Below are positions 33,976 through 44,014 of a DNA stretch of 64,000 bases, piece by piece; positions within the stretch are counted from its first letter, which is position 1; every line of letters starts with the position of its first letter. This DNA comes from an uncultured Chloroflexia bacterium (lineage in GTDB: Bacteria > Chloroflexota > Dehalococcoidia > UBA2979), in assembly GCA_963728205.1 (NCBI GenBank), contig CAVSIV010000001.1, forward strand, positions 896,001-960,000, given 5' to 3'. Made by a program: the position numbers and the translations under genes. The notes under the pieces were generated by a model, which was not told where the DNA came from, made no database searches, and was given only the letters and a program-made list of their open reading frames with translations.

Positions 33976-34166
33976 CCCGGGGCACTTCAGGTCGGAGCGA
34001 TGAACGGCACTGATGCGACTGCCGCCCGGGGTGCGAGGCGAAGGCACGCCCGAGGGCCACGCTCCTCCACGCATTCATCGCAGAGGTTCGTGAGCGCCAC
34101 GTGCCAGCCGCTTCAGTGGAGTCGGAGCTCGGCCGAGAACTCCAGTCCGCGAGCGCGGCCGCCGGA

Positions 34167-35163
34167 CTACGACGAGAGTTCAGCCCGGCGCGACCACCAG
34201 GCCTCGGCGGCGGTCATTGCGCTCTCGGCCTCGTGGATGCCATCGCCCACGAGCCCCGCGGTGGCAGCCCAGTGCAAGGGGACAAGAGCGAGAGCCCCGG
34301 GGAGCCAGCGGTGCTCGTCGCGAGTCAGCGGTTCCGGAGCCGTGCCTTCGTAGGCGGCGAGCAGTCGTCGCGGCTCGAGCAACTCAACCGGCTGGCCCAC
34401 GCCATCGGGGCCGCTCTGTGCGACGTGGTTCAGGCTGGCCGCGATGTCGTACAGCCGCTCCCTGACCCTCGCAAAATCCAGGTCGAAGGTGGCCCATGAG
34501 CCGTCTGACAGTTCTCCCGCGTTGCCCAATTTGTAGTCCCCATGAATCGGAGTGCATGGCAGTTCGACCTCCTTCCGGAGCTCGGAGAGCTCGCCGGTCA
34601 GTTGGCGCATCCGACGCACGACCGGCTCGCTGCGGGGTCCGAGCCTGCGGCGTGTGAAGCCGACCGAGTAACGCAGTTGGCCGAAGGTTCTGTGGTCGTC
34701 GAGGGGTTCGGGCGGACTGGGCTCCCAGACTGCTTCGAGCGCAGTGTGAAGGCGTCCGAGCTCCTCGAACAGGCGGACGTAGGAGTCCTCGTCCGCCCGT
34801 GGCTGGACGTGATCGATGAACTCCTCAATCTCAGCCCAACGATCAGCGACCCTCAGGAGGTCGCGGCCGGAAATCCGAATCGGCCGAGCGACGCGGACGT
34901 GCGTCCGCTGGAGCCGCTCCCGCAGGCGCCGCAGTCCCGCTACCCGGCCGCGGCGGACCCAGGGCCTGATGAACCCGGAGGACAACCGGCGGCTCAGCGT
35001 CTATCCGCACGTTGAGGTTGAACGCACCGCCAATGTCTGCCCATCCGGCCCCTCGCGCGACGCGGGCGATCAGGGCCGAGACGGCCGGGTCGTCTGGGCT
35101 GGCTCTAGGTCCGAACCAGCGCGGCAAGGGCGGGGGAGAGGTCGAAGCTTCGATTCCGGTCAT
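34167..35163 (-). pseudogene. Aminoglycoside phosphotransferase/homoserine kinase II-like kinase, frameshifted near 34965
   Basis: N-terminal GGAFNLNVRI...VVLRVH is in one frame; RPWV...LGRLHTAL...IHGDYKLGN...DLDF is in another. Region is more A/T-rich than its flanks. Confidence 0.7.
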
Positions 35164-35608
35164 GGCAACGGCCCCCGGGCGCACCCGAGGAAGGGTCCGC
35201 CGGCGAGCATGGCGCAATCTTGCCGCGGGACGCTATGACCGCCGGCACCCCGCCAGCCCTTTCAGCTCGCCTGATCACCATCGTGGAGAAGCTGGTCGGT
35301 CGAGCCACCGGGCACTCGCTGATCATACCGGCTCCCTCTCCCGTGCCAGCAGTCGCACCGTCCGGTGTCGCTCCGCGGCGCCACCGATTCGGAGATCTGC
35401 GCTCGTTACCTGTACCGGGCCGCTCAAGAAGAGCCACCCAGCGCGGTCATTGCCGCCACCGGCCGCTAGCCACCAGCGGGCAGTTCTTGCCCGCGTGAAC
35501 AGGCACCTCGCTCGTTGCGATGACCACGTTGCCGCAGACAGCCGCGGAGTGTCAGCACGACCACGGCATGTGCGCCGGCAGTCTCCCGGCGGGCGCACCG
35601 CGCTCTCC

Positions 35609-35637
35609 TTGACCCTCCCGGCCCCCGTCGGTAACGT
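35609..35637 (+). promoter_or_regulatory. Sigma70-like promoter for rplY
   Basis: TTGACC-17 nt-TAACGT, about 50 nt before the ATG. Confidence 0.5.
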
Positions 35638-35687
35638 CGATCGGCCCGACAAACCTGAATTCGCACCCAGCCAGGGAGCATCCTGCG

Positions 35688-36362
35688 ATGCCCGATACCT
35701 ACTCCGTGGAACCGCGCACCGTCATCGGCAAGAGCGTGAAGAAGCTCCGCCGCGGCGGGACCATCCCGGCCAACATCTACGGCCGCGGTCTCGAGTCGCG
35801 CGCCGTGCAGCTCCCGTACGCGGACGCGCGCTCCCTGCTGCACGCGCACGGGCGCAACGTGCTCATCAACGTGAAGGTCAGCGACGAGGAGCGGGCGCGC
35901 CCGGTCGTCGTGCGCGACGTCGAGACCGAGCCGGTTTCCGGCGCGCTCCAGCACATCGACTTCTACCAGGTCGACCTCGCGCGCCCGATCCAGGGCAACG
36001 TCCCGGTCGTGCTCATCGGCGAGTCGTCGGCGGTCACGGTGCACGGAGGCGTGCTCGTGCACGGCAACGACACCGTCGAGGTCGAGGCGCTGCCGACCGA
36101 CATGCCCGAGCACATCGAGGTCGCCGTCGACGGCCTGACCGAGCTCGACCAGCAGCTTACGGTCGCCAATCTCACCGCGCCGTCGGGCGTCACGATCCTC
36201 ACCGACCCCGAGGTGGTGCTCGCGCATGTCGCGCGGCCGCGCCTCGCGGAAGGCGAGGAGGTGCCCGAGGGCGAGGAGGCCGTTGCGGCGGCCGAGGGCG
36301 AGGGCGCGGAGGGCGCTGCCGAGGGCGAGGCCGAGTCGGCCGAGGGATCCGCGGAGGGCTAG
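35688..36362 (+). CDS. rplY: 50S ribosomal protein bL25/Ctc (long form)
   Basis: GKSVKKLRRGGTIPANIYG, HIDFY, VEALPTDMPEHIEV, acidic tail. Confidence 0.95.
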   Translation: MPDTYSVEPRTVIGKSVKKLRRGGTIPANIYGRGLESRAVQLPYADARSLLHAHGRNVLINVKVSDEERARPVVVRDVETEPVSGALQHIDFYQVDLARPIQGNVPVVLIGESSAVTVHGGVLVHGNDTVEVEALPTDMPEHIEVAVDGLTELDQQLTVANLTAPSGVTILTDPEVVLAHVARPRLAEGEEVPEGEEAVAAAEGEGAEGAAEGEAESAEGSAEG

Positions 36363-37462
36363 CGCCCCGCGCGCGGCTCGATCACGGCGAGCGGCTGCGG
36401 CCGCCCGCCGGCGCCCATCACGTCGGTTCGCAGCTGCCCGCACGCCGCGGCGATCTCCACGCCGCGCTCGATGCGTACCGTCGCGTTCACGCCCACCGCC
36501 TGCAGCTCGCGCTGGAACGCGCGCACGCGCCCGAGCGACGGGCGTCGCAGCCCCGCGCCGGCCGTCGGGTTGTACGGAATCAGGTTCACGTGCGCCTGGA
36601 TGCCGCGCAGGCGCGTCGCCAGGCGGCGCGCCTGCTCCGGCGCGTCGTTGACGCCCTCGAGCAGCGCGTACGCGAACGTGACGCGACGGCCCCGCTTCGC
36701 GATATAGCCGCGCGCGGCCTCTACCAGCTCGTCGACCGTCACACCGCCCGCGGTGGGGATGAGGCGGCGGCGGAGGTCGTCGTCGGGCGCGTGCAGCGAG
36801 ATCGTGAGGCCGATCTGCAGGCCCTCGTCGCCGAGGCGCTCGATGCCGCGCAGCAGGCCGACGGTCGAGACGGTGATGCCGCGCTGCCGCATGTCGAGGC
36901 CGTCGGGGTCCACCATCCAGCGGATGGCGCGCATCATCCCCGCGTAGTTCGCCAGCGGCTCGCCCATCCCCATGAAGACGACGTTCGTCACGCGGCGCTC
37001 GCGCGAGAACTGGAGCACCTGCTCGAGGATCTCGGACGGCGCGAGGTTGCGCGTGAAGCCCTGCTGGCCGGTCGCGCAGAAGACGCAGCCCATCGCGCAG
37101 CCGACCTGCGTCGAGACGCACACCGTGGTGCGCTCGCTCGCGCCGTCGTCGTCGGGGTCGTAGTCCATGCGCACGGTCTCGACGGCGTCGCCGCCGCCGA
37201 GGTCGAGCAGCACCTTCGTCGTCGCGCCGTCGTCGGCGCTCCGCTCCGCGAGCACCGGCAGGGGGCCGATGCGGAGCGCGGCGGCGAGCCGCTCGCGCAG
37301 GCCCGCCGGCACGTCCGTCATCGCGTCGAACGAGGTGACGCCGTGCCGCAGCGCCCAGCGCGCGACCTGCTTCGCGCGGAAGCGCGGCTCGCCCCACTCG
37401 GCGAACAGGGCTTCCAACTCGTCGAGCGAGCGGTCGAGGAGGTGCGGCGTGGCGGCGGGCAT
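36359..37462 (-). CDS. rlmN: 23S rRNA m2A2503/tRNA methyltransferase RlmN
   Basis: CVSTQVGCAMGCVFCATG, MGMGEP, ISLHAP, NLIPYN, AACGQL. Confidence 0.93.
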   Translation of the reverse strand: MPAATPHLLDRSLDELEALFAEWGEPRFRAKQVARWALRHGVTSFDAMTDVPAGLRERLAAALRIGPLPVLAERSADDGATTKVLLDLGGGDAVETVRMDYDPDDDGASERTTVCVSTQVGCAMGCVFCATGQQGFTRNLAPSEILEQVLQFSRERRVTNVVFMGMGEPLANYAGMMRAIRWMVDPDGLDMRQRGITVSTVGLLRGIERLGDEGLQIGLTISLHAPDDDLRRRLIPTAGGVTVDELVEAARGYIAKRGRRVTFAYALLEGVNDAPEQARRLATRLRGIQAHVNLIPYNPTAGAGLRRPSLGRVRAFQRELQAVGVNATVRIERGVEIAAACGQLRTDVMGAGGRPQPLAVIEPRAGR

Positions 37463-37487
37463 GCGATCAGTCTAGGGGAGGAAGCCT

Positions 37488-37562
37488 GTTCGAGCGGCAC
37501 CCTGCCGGGTGCCGATCGTCCTCGGGGAACCGGATCGGCACCCGGCTGGGTGCCGATCGAAG
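37488..37562. repeat. Family A palindromic element
   Basis: TTCGAGCGGCACCC.GCCGGGTGCCGATC / GATCGGCACCCGGC.GGGTGCCGATCGAA. Confidence 0.75.
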
Positions 37563-37592
37563 GGGGGACCGACGCGGGACCGAAGCGGGCTC

Positions 37593-38288
37593 CTAGCGCC
37601 GCACGCAGGTGTACGCGGCGTACGTCTGGCGGCGGTACTCCACGTCGATCACGTCAAAGCCCGTCGCGTCGAGCATCGGTTCGAGCAGCCAGCGGTAGGT
37701 GCTGTGCTCGGTGCGGATGTGCTCGGCGAGGTCGCCCGCGGTGTAGCCGAGCGCGGGGTCGGTGGCGGCGCCGGCGAACCATCGAGCGAAGACGGCCTCG
37801 GTCTCCGCGGGCGCGCAGTCGTAGACGAGGTCGCGCAGCCGCAGCACGCCGCGGGGGCGCAGCATCGCCGCGATGCGCTCGAGCGCCTGCACCTTCCAGA
37901 AGTCGGGGAGCTGGTGCAGCGCGTTGCGCGTGAAGACGGCGTCGGCGGGCGGCCCGGCATGCGCATAGCTGAGGAAGCCCGCCTGCACGAGCTCGATGTT
38001 CGCCAGCCCCGCCTCCGCGACCTGCGCGCGCACCGCGGCGAGCATCGCGGGCGAGACGTCGACGGCCACGACGCGCCGGCAGTGCGGCGCAACCCCGAGC
38101 GCGAACCGCCCGGTGCCGGTGCCGAGATCGACGACGGTCGACGCTGCGTCGAGGCCGTGGGCGCGCAGCACCGCGACGTCGTCGATGGGATCGGGGCCCT
38201 GCTTGCGGTTGTAGTTCGCGACGAACGCCGGGTCGAGGTGCTCGGGTCCGGCGTGGGCGAGCTCGTCGAGCATCCAGTCGGTGTCCAT
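37593..38288 (-). CDS. Class I SAM-dependent methyltransferase
   Basis: VDLGTGTG, VDVSPAML, RNALHQLPDFWK, GVLRLRD. Confidence 0.85.
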   Translation of the reverse strand: MDTDWMLDELAHAGPEHLDPAFVANYNRKQGPDPIDDVAVLRAHGLDAASTVVDLGTGTGRFALGVAPHCRRVVAVDVSPAMLAAVRAQVAEAGLANIELVQAGFLSYAHAGPPADAVFTRNALHQLPDFWKVQALERIAAMLRPRGVLRLRDLVYDCAPAETEAVFARWFAGAATDPALGYTAGDLAEHIRTEHSTYRWLLEPMLDATGFDVIDVEYRRQTYAAYTCVRR

Positions 38289-38340
38289 GGGACAGACGGT
38301 AGCGGACCGCGAGGCCCGCTTCGAGCGGCGCCCGGTTCGG

Positions 38341-39318
38341 TTAGCCCAGGCGCGTGCCGATGAGGCCGGGGTCGCCGTTGAGGTATGCCTCAATCTCGGT
38401 CGGGCGCCGGCCGGCGCGCTGCACCGTGAGCAGCGCGAGCGCGCCGCGACCGCACGCCACGACGGCGCGCGCCTTCCGGCCCGGCAGCAGCGGCGAGAGC
38501 TCCCCGCCGTCGCCGGCGAGCACCGTGCCCGCCGCCGCGCCGCGGAGGCCCGGGACGTCGCCACCGAGCGGCCAGGCCGCGTGCACGGTGAAGACCTGGT
38601 CGCGATAGCGGGTCGTCGCCTGCGGCCAGGGCTGGAAGGCGCGCACGCGCCGCCAGATGTCGTCGGCGGGAAGCGACCAGTCGATGACCCCGTCCTCCTT
38701 GGCCAGACGCGGGACATACGTCGCCCTCGCCTCGTCCTGCGGGACCGCCTGGATCGCGCCGGCGACCCAGCGCGGCAGCAGCTCGCCGAGCAGCCCGGCG
38801 CCGAGCTCCGCGATGCGCGCGGTCAGCGTCTCGGTGGTGTCCAGCGGATCGATCGGCGTGCGCGCCTGGCCAATCACGGGGCCGGCGTCGACCTCCCGCA
38901 CGACGCGCATCAGCGTTGCGCCGCTCTCGGCGTCGCCCGCGAGGATGGCGCTTGCGACGGGTGCGGCGCCGCGGTGGCGCGGCAGCAAGGAGGCGTGGAC
39001 GTTCACGACGTCGTGAGGGAAGAGCTCGAGCAAGTGGCCCGGCAGGATGTGACCGGACGCCGCGACGACGCCGACGTCGGGCGAGAGCGCGCGCAGGTGC
39101 TCTGTCAGCGCGCGGCGGGCGCGCTCGGGCTGCAGCACCACGGGCACGCCGGCCTCGAGCGCGAGCGCCTTCACGGGCGTGACGGCGGGCTGGCCCGAGC
39201 GCCCGCGGGGGCGGTCGGGCTGTGTGACGACGGCGACGACCTCGGCGCCGGGCAGCGTGAGCAGCGTGCGCAGCGAGGGCACCGCGTACGCGGGCGAGCC
39301 GAAGAAGACGATGCGCAC
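38341..39318 (-). CDS. fmt: Methionyl-tRNA formyltransferase
   Basis: VFFGSP, VVTQPDRPRGR, NVHASLLPRHRGAAP, DAGP, RAFQPWP. Confidence 0.95.
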   Translation of the reverse strand: MRIVFFGSPAYAVPSLRTLLTLPGAEVVAVVTQPDRPRGRSGQPAVTPVKALALEAGVPVVLQPERARRALTEHLRALSPDVGVVAASGHILPGHLLELFPHDVVNVHASLLPRHRGAAPVASAILAGDAESGATLMRVVREVDAGPVIGQARTPIDPLDTTETLTARIAELGAGLLGELLPRWVAGAIQAVPQDEARATYVPRLAKEDGVIDWSLPADDIWRRVRAFQPWPQATTRYRDQVFTVHAAWPLGGDVPGLRGAAAGTVLAGDGGELSPLLPGRKARAVVACGRGALALLTVQRAGRRPTEIEAYLNGDPGLIGTRLG

Positions 39319-39353
39319 GGCTCGATGGTACCGGGTGCCCGTCGACGGCGCGC

Positions 39354-39382
39354 CTCAGCGCCTTGACCAGGCGCCGCTCGAA
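39354..39382. repeat. Family A half element
   Basis: CTCAGCGCCTTGACCAGGCGCCGCTCGAA, identical to 56192-56220. Confidence 0.8.
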
Positions 39383-39404
39383 CCATCCCGCCCGGCCCGC
39401 GCGG

Positions 39405-40604
39405 CTAGTGGAACGTGATCGCGGGCGGGTGCGGCGGGATGTCGCGGATGATGCGCAGCGCGGCGACGAGCCGCTCGACGTCGTCCTCGGTGTTGTAGAA
39501 GCCCGTGGAGACGCGCAGGCCCGGCGGCGCGTTCACCGAGCGGATGTGCACGGCGCGCTCCGCCAGCTCCTCGACGACCGCCTGCGGCTCCCACCCGGCG
39601 AACGTGAAGTGCGTCAGCCCGGACGGCGTGCCGACCGGGGTCGTCACCGCCACGCCGTCGAGGCTCGCCAGCCGCGTCCGCGCGAGGTCGGCCATGCGCG
39701 GCGTGCGCTCCAGCACCAGGTCGAGCCCGACCGCGTCGAGCAGCCAGCGCAGCGCCTCGCGCGTCGCGAAGACCGACGGCCCGTGCAGCGACACGGAGTC
39801 GTGGCGCCGCGCCGTCGTGCGCAGCGTGTAACCGCCGAACTCGTCCACCGCTTCGAACGCGGCGTGCGAGCCGTAGGCCGGCATCAGCCGGTCGCCCAGC
39901 GCGCTCGACACGTACATCGCGCCGACCCCGCCGGGCCCGCAGAGCCACTTCTGCCCCGGCCCGCTGTAGACGTCGACGTCCGTCGCCTTCACGTCGACGG
40001 GGACCGCGCCCGCCGACTGCGCGCCGTCGACAATCACGATCGCGCCGACCTCGTGCGCGGCGGCGGCGATCTCGGCGATCGGCAGGAGGGCGCCCGTCAT
40101 CCACGACACGTGCGAGCAGACGACGACCTTCGTGCGCTCGCCGAGCTCGGTGCGGATCGCGTCGACGACGTTCTCGGGCGCCCACGCCTCGGAGGCGGCG
40201 AAGCGGACGCGCACGCCGCGGCGCTCGGCCAGCACGTACGCCGACATCAGGCCGCCGAAGTGCTCCATGCGCGTCGTCACAATCTCGTCGCCCGCATCCC
40301 AGTCGAGCCCCCACAGCGCGGCGTTCACGCCGTCGGTCGTGCCGTGCGTGATCGCGACCTCGTCCGCGACGCAGCCGTAGACGCGTGCGAAGAGGGCGCG
40401 GAGGTCGTCCATCGCCGCCATCTGCTCGCGGAACGACGCGGACCCGACGCGGCCGGCGCGGTACTCGCGCTCCTGGCGCTCCGTCATCGCCTCGTGGGCG
40501 ACGCGCGGCAGCGGTCCATATGTGCCGGCGTTGAGGTACGCGCGCTCGGTGACGGCGGGCATCTCGGCCCGGATCGCGTCGATCGACGGTGTACGGCTGG
40601 CCAC
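39405..40604 (-). CDS. Class V PLP-dependent enzyme (cysteine/cystine lyase or EgtE-like)
   Basis: YLNAGTYGP, EH, SHVSW, VDGAQSAG, GQKWLCGP, RVSTGFYN. Confidence 0.85.
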   Translation of the reverse strand: MASRTPSIDAIRAEMPAVTERAYLNAGTYGPLPRVAHEAMTERQEREYRAGRVGSASFREQMAAMDDLRALFARVYGCVADEVAITHGTTDGVNAALWGLDWDAGDEIVTTRMEHFGGLMSAYVLAERRGVRVRFAASEAWAPENVVDAIRTELGERTKVVVCSHVSWMTGALLPIAEIAAAAHEVGAIVIVDGAQSAGAVPVDVKATDVDVYSGPGQKWLCGPGGVGAMYVSSALGDRLMPAYGSHAAFEAVDEFGGYTLRTTARRHDSVSLHGPSVFATREALRWLLDAVGLDLVLERTPRMADLARTRLASLDGVAVTTPVGTPSGLTHFTFAGWEPQAVVEELAERAVHIRSVNAPPGLRVSTGFYNTEDDVERLVAALRIIRDIPPHPPAITFH

Positions 40605-40665
40605 GGTCTCTCCCTCCGCGCGCGGGCGCTGCGGCCGGCGGGTCGTGCCGGCGTGGACCGCAAGG

Positions 40666-42270
40666 CTAGCGCAGCGACCAGCCCTGCACGTCGCGGAAGC
40701 GGCTGGCGGGGCTGAAGAGCAGGCCGTCGCTCAGGCCGCGCAGTGCCTTCGGATGCACGTAGAGGCGCGCGGGGTAGTAGAGGACGAGGCTCGCGGCGTC
40801 GCCGCGGAAGAGGTCGGCGAACTGGCGGTAGCGGTCGCGGCGCTCCGCGCCGTCGAGCGTGGTGCGCGCGGCCTCGAGCAGCGCGTCGGCGGCGGAGTCG
40901 TGGTACGCGGCGATGTTGTTGCCGGGCGCCGCGATCTGCGAGCTGTGCCAGCCCCCGTACGGATCGGGGTCGACCGCGGCCTCCCAGCCGAAGAGCGCGA
41001 GCTGGTAGTTGCGCGGGACGAGCCGTCGCGCGACGAGTTGTGCGGTGGGCGTCGGCACGACCGTGACCTGCACGCCCTGTGCCTCGAGCTCGGCAGCCGC
41101 CTCGGCTGCGACGGCCTCGCGCTCGGCGTCGGCGTTCGTCACGAGCTCCAGCCGCAAGGGCTCTCCGTCCTTGAGGAGCACTCCGCCGGAGTCACGCTGG
41201 TAGCCGGCGGCGGACCACAGCGCCTGCGGGTCGGGCGGGGGCTGCGCGGGGGCGGCCTCGTAGGCCCATGAGCCGGGGACGATCACGCCGTCACCGACGG
41301 TCCCCAGCGCGCCGCTCGCGGCGAGCAGCCGCGCGCGGTCGAGCGAGGCGACCACCGCGCGCCGGACACGCACGTCGTCCAGCGGCGGGATCTGGTTGTT
41401 GAAATACAGCACCGTGTAGGCGCTGCGCTGCAGCGGGGTGCCGGTGAGGCCCGGGCGCGACTGCAGCATCGCCCGCACGGCGTCGTCCTCCGTGTTGCCG
41501 AGCAGCCCGGCGCTGGCCTCGCCGGACCCGAGCGCGCGCAACTGCGCGGCCTGGTCCGGGTAGAAGCGCAGCTCGATCTCGCGGATCGCCGGCGTGCCGA
41601 GGACGTAGCTCGTATTGCGCTGGAGGACCGCACGTGCGCCGTCGATGGAGATCAGGCGATACGGACCGGTGCCCACCGGCGCGCGGTTGAAGGCGGCCTG
41701 GGGAAGGTTTGCCGGCGCGACGGCGCCCAGCAGGTGCTGCGGCAGGATGCCAATCGTGCAGCGCGTGAGGAAGTCGGCGGCCGGTTGCGGGAGGTGGAAG
41801 AGGACCGTGCGGTCGTCGTCGACGAAGACGTCCACGCCCTGCCAGGGCGCCGCGAGCGCGGCAGGGCCGGTGAAGCCCGGCGACTGGAGCAGCCCGATCG
41901 TGAACGCGACGTCCTGCGCTGTGACGCGTTCGCCGTCGTGCCAGGTGAGGCCGGGACGCAGCACGAAGGTGTAGGTCAGGCCGTCCGGCGTGACCTCCCA
42001 GCTCTGCGCGAGGTCGGGTCGCGGCGTGCCGTCGCCGTCGATGCGCATGAGCCCGTCGAAGACGAGCGACGCGACGTCGCGCGTGGCGTCGTCCGAGGCG
42101 AGCAGCGGATTCACCGCCCCGGGGTGTCCGACCACCGCCTCGACATAACGCGACGACGACGCGTTCGCGCCGACGTTCAGCCAGAGCCAGCCGCCGGCCA
42201 GCGTGGCGAGGCCGATCACGAGAAGGACGGGGTAGAGCGGGCGAGCCGGTGAGGGCCGGCGAGGAGGCAT
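40666..42270 (-). CDS. Family 5 ABC transporter substrate-binding protein
   Basis: NPLL, YTFVLRPGLTWHDG, PVGTGPY, DVRVRRA, DPDPY. Confidence 0.87.
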   Translation of the reverse strand: MPPRRPSPARPLYPVLLVIGLATLAGGWLWLNVGANASSSRYVEAVVGHPGAVNPLLASDDATRDVASLVFDGLMRIDGDGTPRPDLAQSWEVTPDGLTYTFVLRPGLTWHDGERVTAQDVAFTIGLLQSPGFTGPAALAAPWQGVDVFVDDDRTVLFHLPQPAADFLTRCTIGILPQHLLGAVAPANLPQAAFNRAPVGTGPYRLISIDGARAVLQRNTSYVLGTPAIREIELRFYPDQAAQLRALGSGEASAGLLGNTEDDAVRAMLQSRPGLTGTPLQRSAYTVLYFNNQIPPLDDVRVRRAVVASLDRARLLAASGALGTVGDGVIVPGSWAYEAAPAQPPPDPQALWSAAGYQRDSGGVLLKDGEPLRLELVTNADAEREAVAAEAAAELEAQGVQVTVVPTPTAQLVARRLVPRNYQLALFGWEAAVDPDPYGGWHSSQIAAPGNNIAAYHDSAADALLEAARTTLDGAERRDRYRQFADLFRGDAASLVLYYPARLYVHPKALRGLSDGLLFSPASRFRDVQGWSLR

Positions 42271-42276
42271 CGCCGC

Positions 42277-42498
42277 CTACGCTTTGACGCTCCAGGCGGA
42301 GATCAACAGGAAGACGATGACGACGAAGATCGTCAGGCGGTGCAGCGAGCGCTGGATGCCGCGCCGGGTACGGAACGTGTAATCCTGGCCGCCGAGGGCC
42401 GCGCCGAACCCGGTGCCGCGCACCTGCATCAGCACGAGGGCGATCAGCAGCGCCGAGATCAGGATCTGCGCGAGGGACAGGAAGTCGCGAAGGTTCAT
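42277..42498 (-). CDS. secG: Preprotein translocase subunit SecG
   Basis: LVLMQVRGTGFGAALGG...RTRRGIQRSLHRLT; two TMs. Confidence 0.88.
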   Translation of the reverse strand: MNLRDFLSLAQILISALLIALVLMQVRGTGFGAALGGQDYTFRTRRGIQRSLHRLTIFVVIVFLLISAWSVKA

Positions 42499-42585
42499 CG
42501 TGTTTGAGGCTATGGCCTCGGGGCGAGAGCGGCAACTGGAGCTATCACCGGACACGTGCCGCCGGACGTGACGCGCAAGGCTGTC

Positions 42586-43899
42586 TTACGTCCGGGCCAG
42601 CGCCGCCACGCGCACGCGGAGGTCGCGTTCGAAGTAGAGGCGCATCACGGTGCTCGCGAGTTTGTCGGTGTCGTGCCGCAGTCGCATGTCGCGGTCGACG
42701 AGGTCTGCGAGCACGAGGCGGGCGCCGGCGTAGTCGTCATCGCCCGGGGCGATGACCGGCTGCGAGGCCCAGCGCTCCGGGAACGCCTCCGAGGGGAGGT
42801 TGGTGTTTGCCAGCACCGCGTCGACGAGGTGGTCGATATGCAGGTGTCGCAGGATCGCACGGTAGTGGTCGGAGGCGGAGTACTCGTCGGTCTCGCCCCG
42901 TTGCGTGGCGACGTTGCTGATGTAGATCTTGTACGCCCGGGACTCGGCGAGGGCGCGGCCGATGCCGGGGACCAGCAGGTTCGGCAGGACGGAGGTGTAC
43001 AGGCTGCCGGGGCCGATGATGATGAGGTCCGCGTCCATCAGCGCGCGCACCGCCGTGGGGTGCGCGGCGGCCGTGCGCGGCTCGATGAAGACGTCGACGG
43101 GCGGCTTGCCGCTCTCGGGGATCTGCGACTCGCCGCGGACGACGGTGCCGTCCTGCATGCGGGCCGCGAGGACGATGTCCTCGAGCGTGGACGGCACGAT
43201 GCGCCCGCGCACCGCGAGGACGCGTGCGGTCTCGGCGATCGCGTCCTCCATCGAGCCGGTGACGCCGGCCATCGCCGCGATGAAGAGGTTGCCGAACGAG
43301 TGTCCCGCGATGCCCTCGCCGGACTTCTCGTTGAAGCGGTACTGGAAGAGCTCGGTGACCAGGGGCTCGGCGTCGGCCAGGGCGGCGATGCAGTTGCGGA
43401 TGTCGCCCGGCGGAATCACCTGCATGTCGCGCCGCAGGCGGCCGCTCGAGCCGCCGTCGTCCGCGACCGTCACGATGGCCGTGACGTTGCTCGTGTAGCG
43501 CTTGATGCCGCGCAGCAGGTTCGAGAGGCCGGTGCCGCCGCCGATGGCGACGATGCGCGGCCCGCGCTCCTGCGTCCGGCGCGCGTAGACGAGGTCGACG
43601 ATGTCGGCGCCGCGCACCTGCGGCGCCATCGCCTCCGCCAGCGACCGGTTGAGCCGCCAGCCGGAGAACGCCGCCAGCGACGACGCGGCGCCGATGAACA
43701 GGATGCCGCGCGCCCAGCGGGGGATGAACTGCAGGGTGAGCCAGTACGCCCAGGCGGGGAAGGTGTAGGAGACGTAGGCCTCGCGTAGCAGGTACGCGAG
43801 GCCGAGTCCCATGATCGCGACGCTGACGACCAGCAAGGCCAGCCAGCGCTTGATGTGGAGACCGAAGTACAGCCACTTGGTGAGGTCGGAACGACTCAA
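42586..43899 (-). CDS. yvcK: YvcK/GlmR family protein with N-terminal TM extension
   Basis: IGGGTGL, VADDGGSSGRLR, PPGDIRNC, GHSFGNL, GPGSLYTS, RHD. Confidence 0.92.
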   Translation of the reverse strand: MSRSDLTKWLYFGLHIKRWLALLVVSVAIMGLGLAYLLREAYVSYTFPAWAYWLTLQFIPRWARGILFIGAASSLAAFSGWRLNRSLAEAMAPQVRGADIVDLVYARRTQERGPRIVAIGGGTGLSNLLRGIKRYTSNVTAIVTVADDGGSSGRLRRDMQVIPPGDIRNCIAALADAEPLVTELFQYRFNEKSGEGIAGHSFGNLFIAAMAGVTGSMEDAIAETARVLAVRGRIVPSTLEDIVLAARMQDGTVVRGESQIPESGKPPVDVFIEPRTAAAHPTAVRALMDADLIIIGPGSLYTSVLPNLLVPGIGRALAESRAYKIYISNVATQRGETDEYSASDHYRAILRHLHIDHLVDAVLANTNLPSEAFPERWASQPVIAPGDDDYAGARLVLADLVDRDMRLRHDTDKLASTVMRLYFERDLRVRVAALART

Positions 43900-43930
43900 G
43901 AGCAGCCTCGCTCGCTGCCCGCCTCGAATG

Positions 43931-43960
43931 GGTATATGCCGCGGCGGTGTATAGGGTCAA
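43931..43960 (-). promoter_or_regulatory. Sigma70-like promoter for yvcK-secG
   Basis: TTGACC-18 nt-TATACC on the minus strand. Confidence 0.4.
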
Positions 43961-44014
43961 TGCGCGGATTCGCATGAGCCATTGTGGCGACGCGGCGAGG
44001 ACCCGCCAGCGCGG

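Noticed and set aside
36359-37462. Cfr resistance methyltransferase
   Set aside because: Sequence and context fit housekeeping RlmN; nothing visible favours Cfr.
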